A DNA stretch of 64,000 nt from NCBI GenBank assembly GCA_036172245.1, contig JAYWIR010000035.1:806001-870000 (forward strand). The letters are read 5' to 3'. A program made the translations under genes and the position numbers. Positions 62,486 to 64,000 of the stretch are shown here, in pieces; the stretch's first letter is position 1, and every line of letters begins with the position of its first letter. Under the pieces are notes generated by a model that was not told the origin of the DNA, did no database searches, and was given only the letters and a program-made list of their open reading frames with translations. This DNA is from Raillietiella orientalis (lineage: Eukaryota).

Positions 62486-64000
62486 TCTGGAAGCAGTCCC
62501 GATGCAAAGTATTGTTTAGAAAAGAATCTTCGTCTGGTTTTAAGAAGGGGTCCAGGAAGTTCACACTTTAAGCTAATATTTGGAAGTTCTCAATGGCGTA
62601 GCAAACAAGGATTTCCGCTACATGCTGAAGAGCGCGTTACGCGAATTTATTCCAGTGACCTCCGAAGCGTGAATCAGACCTTTCTGAGACCAGTTTTTCC
62701 TTGCATCTTGGCGTTGCATCCGGATAAACAAATCCTTTGAAAGCTCCAAGCTTCCTCTAGGTTTCTGGAGCTTGAGCCGAAATGCAGTTCTTTTGAGTCG
62801 AGTTCCTAGAGCAGAGACGTTTTGTTTTCGGAGAGAACTGCTCTCAAGAACTGACAGGTAGGTAGTAGATGCAGTGCTCTCTTTCCTTTGCCATTGACTC
62901 AGTAACCAGGAAGTTCATTGCCCAACCTGAGACGGCAAAACGAACTCCTTCCATCGGATTAAAAAGAGGTTTCTAAAAAAAAAAAAAAAAAATCTGCGTG
63001 CTCTTTCATTTTTTATCGCGCACAATTGAAGATACTGATGCAATTTCCTCATGCACAAGAATTCGTCTTCTGGAAGGAATGCCTACTCCTCTCCAGGAGC
63101 AGTGCAGGGGAATTCTAGGAAGAGATCCCAAGGTTCTCTTCCGGCATTTGCTTCTCATGGGGATTTGGGCGAGGTGAGAAAAATTCGCGTTCTCTTTATA
63201 CATTGCCAAGTCAAAAAATAGGACGTTAAGATAGCCTTGTTTCCTTGTTCCTCCACGACTTCTTCAAGTACAAGGTCAGCTGGCTTTGGAACATGCCTTG
63301 GGCCACTCAGTTTTGTTCGCAATTTTCCTTCTTTTGTGCATGCTCTCTAGCACCACTGATTCAAGAGGGAACCTTCCACAGTATACGCCAACGTTCAGAA
63401 AGCATAACAAAGGTAACACTGTTTCAGTAGATCTCGATAGAAGATCCCTACTCAGATACGAAGACTCCCAAGTTGGAGCGGAGTTCACATTTCAAACTGG
63501 ATTTTCTCTCCGTGAAAAGCTGCAGGCGATTTGTTCCGGGAGAAGCCGGGACCGTCGTTTCCCGCTTGCCATGTGGATCGAAGCACGGCACTCCCTTCCA
63601 CAAATCAGTGCAGACTTCTTATTGATCCATCCATGACCTGTTTGTCGGAAGTTCTTCGCAACAAAAACAAGGAAACAGGCAAACACCTCAAGCGGCCCGC
63701 AGTTCAAATTTGAGGAAAGATGCTCTTGGCCAATGCGTCCACCTTGTAAACGCGGCCGCTGGTTCGGAACCCTGTAGTTCAGTGGAGTCATGAGAGGTTG
63801 GCATCCCAAGATGGTACTCACGGTTTTCACGACCGAGCGTACCCCAAGTGTTGCTGCTGCTGTGTTTGCACCAGCCGAGTGTAAGTGAGTAGTCACGTTC
63901 TCGAGCCTTCTTGAGGAAGATGCTTTCGCTGCTTTTTTTTTTTGCTTCGTAAAGTTACTTGCATGGCTTTCCAAACATCCCAGTGCACTTTTTATCTTTG

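Noticed and set aside
63286..63636. 116-aa ORF with a signal-peptide-like N-terminus
   Set aside because: Starts at TTG with no upstream in-frame ATG before a stop, and no recognisable homology.
1..64000. CRISPR arrays, rRNA, tRNA, operons or prokaryotic defence systems
   Set aside because: No regularly spaced repeat-spacer array, tRNA cloverleaf or rRNA-like sequence was seen. The window is intron-containing animal DNA.

Overview
Eukaryotic (invertebrate animal, most likely arthropod) genomic DNA, not prokaryotic. Four spliced protein-coding genes could be rebuilt exon by exon with consistent splice phases. They are a 17-beta-HSD12/3-ketoacyl-CoA reductase-like SDR (minus, 4637-6285), an ATG4 cysteine protease (minus, 7956-9391), a CIP4/FNBP1/Toca-1 F-BAR-HR1-SH3 protein (plus, 44973-47792) and a secreted arthropod-type CUB-domain protein (minus, 50687-62485). 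The three housekeeping genes sit in AT-rich blocks with many 40-50 nt introns. About 14-35 kb and the large CUB introns are GC/CpG-rich and appear non-coding; their long ORFs look like compositional artefacts. The most notable items are an exact 37-nt 5' fragment of U2 snRNA inside a duplicated target site in CUB intron 1, a GC-AG intron in ATG4, two stop-free in-frame micro-introns in the CUB gene, a uORF overlapping the Cip4 start (TGATG) and several near-perfect palindromes. I found no convincing novel multi-gene system. All homology calls are from recalled motifs, not database searches.
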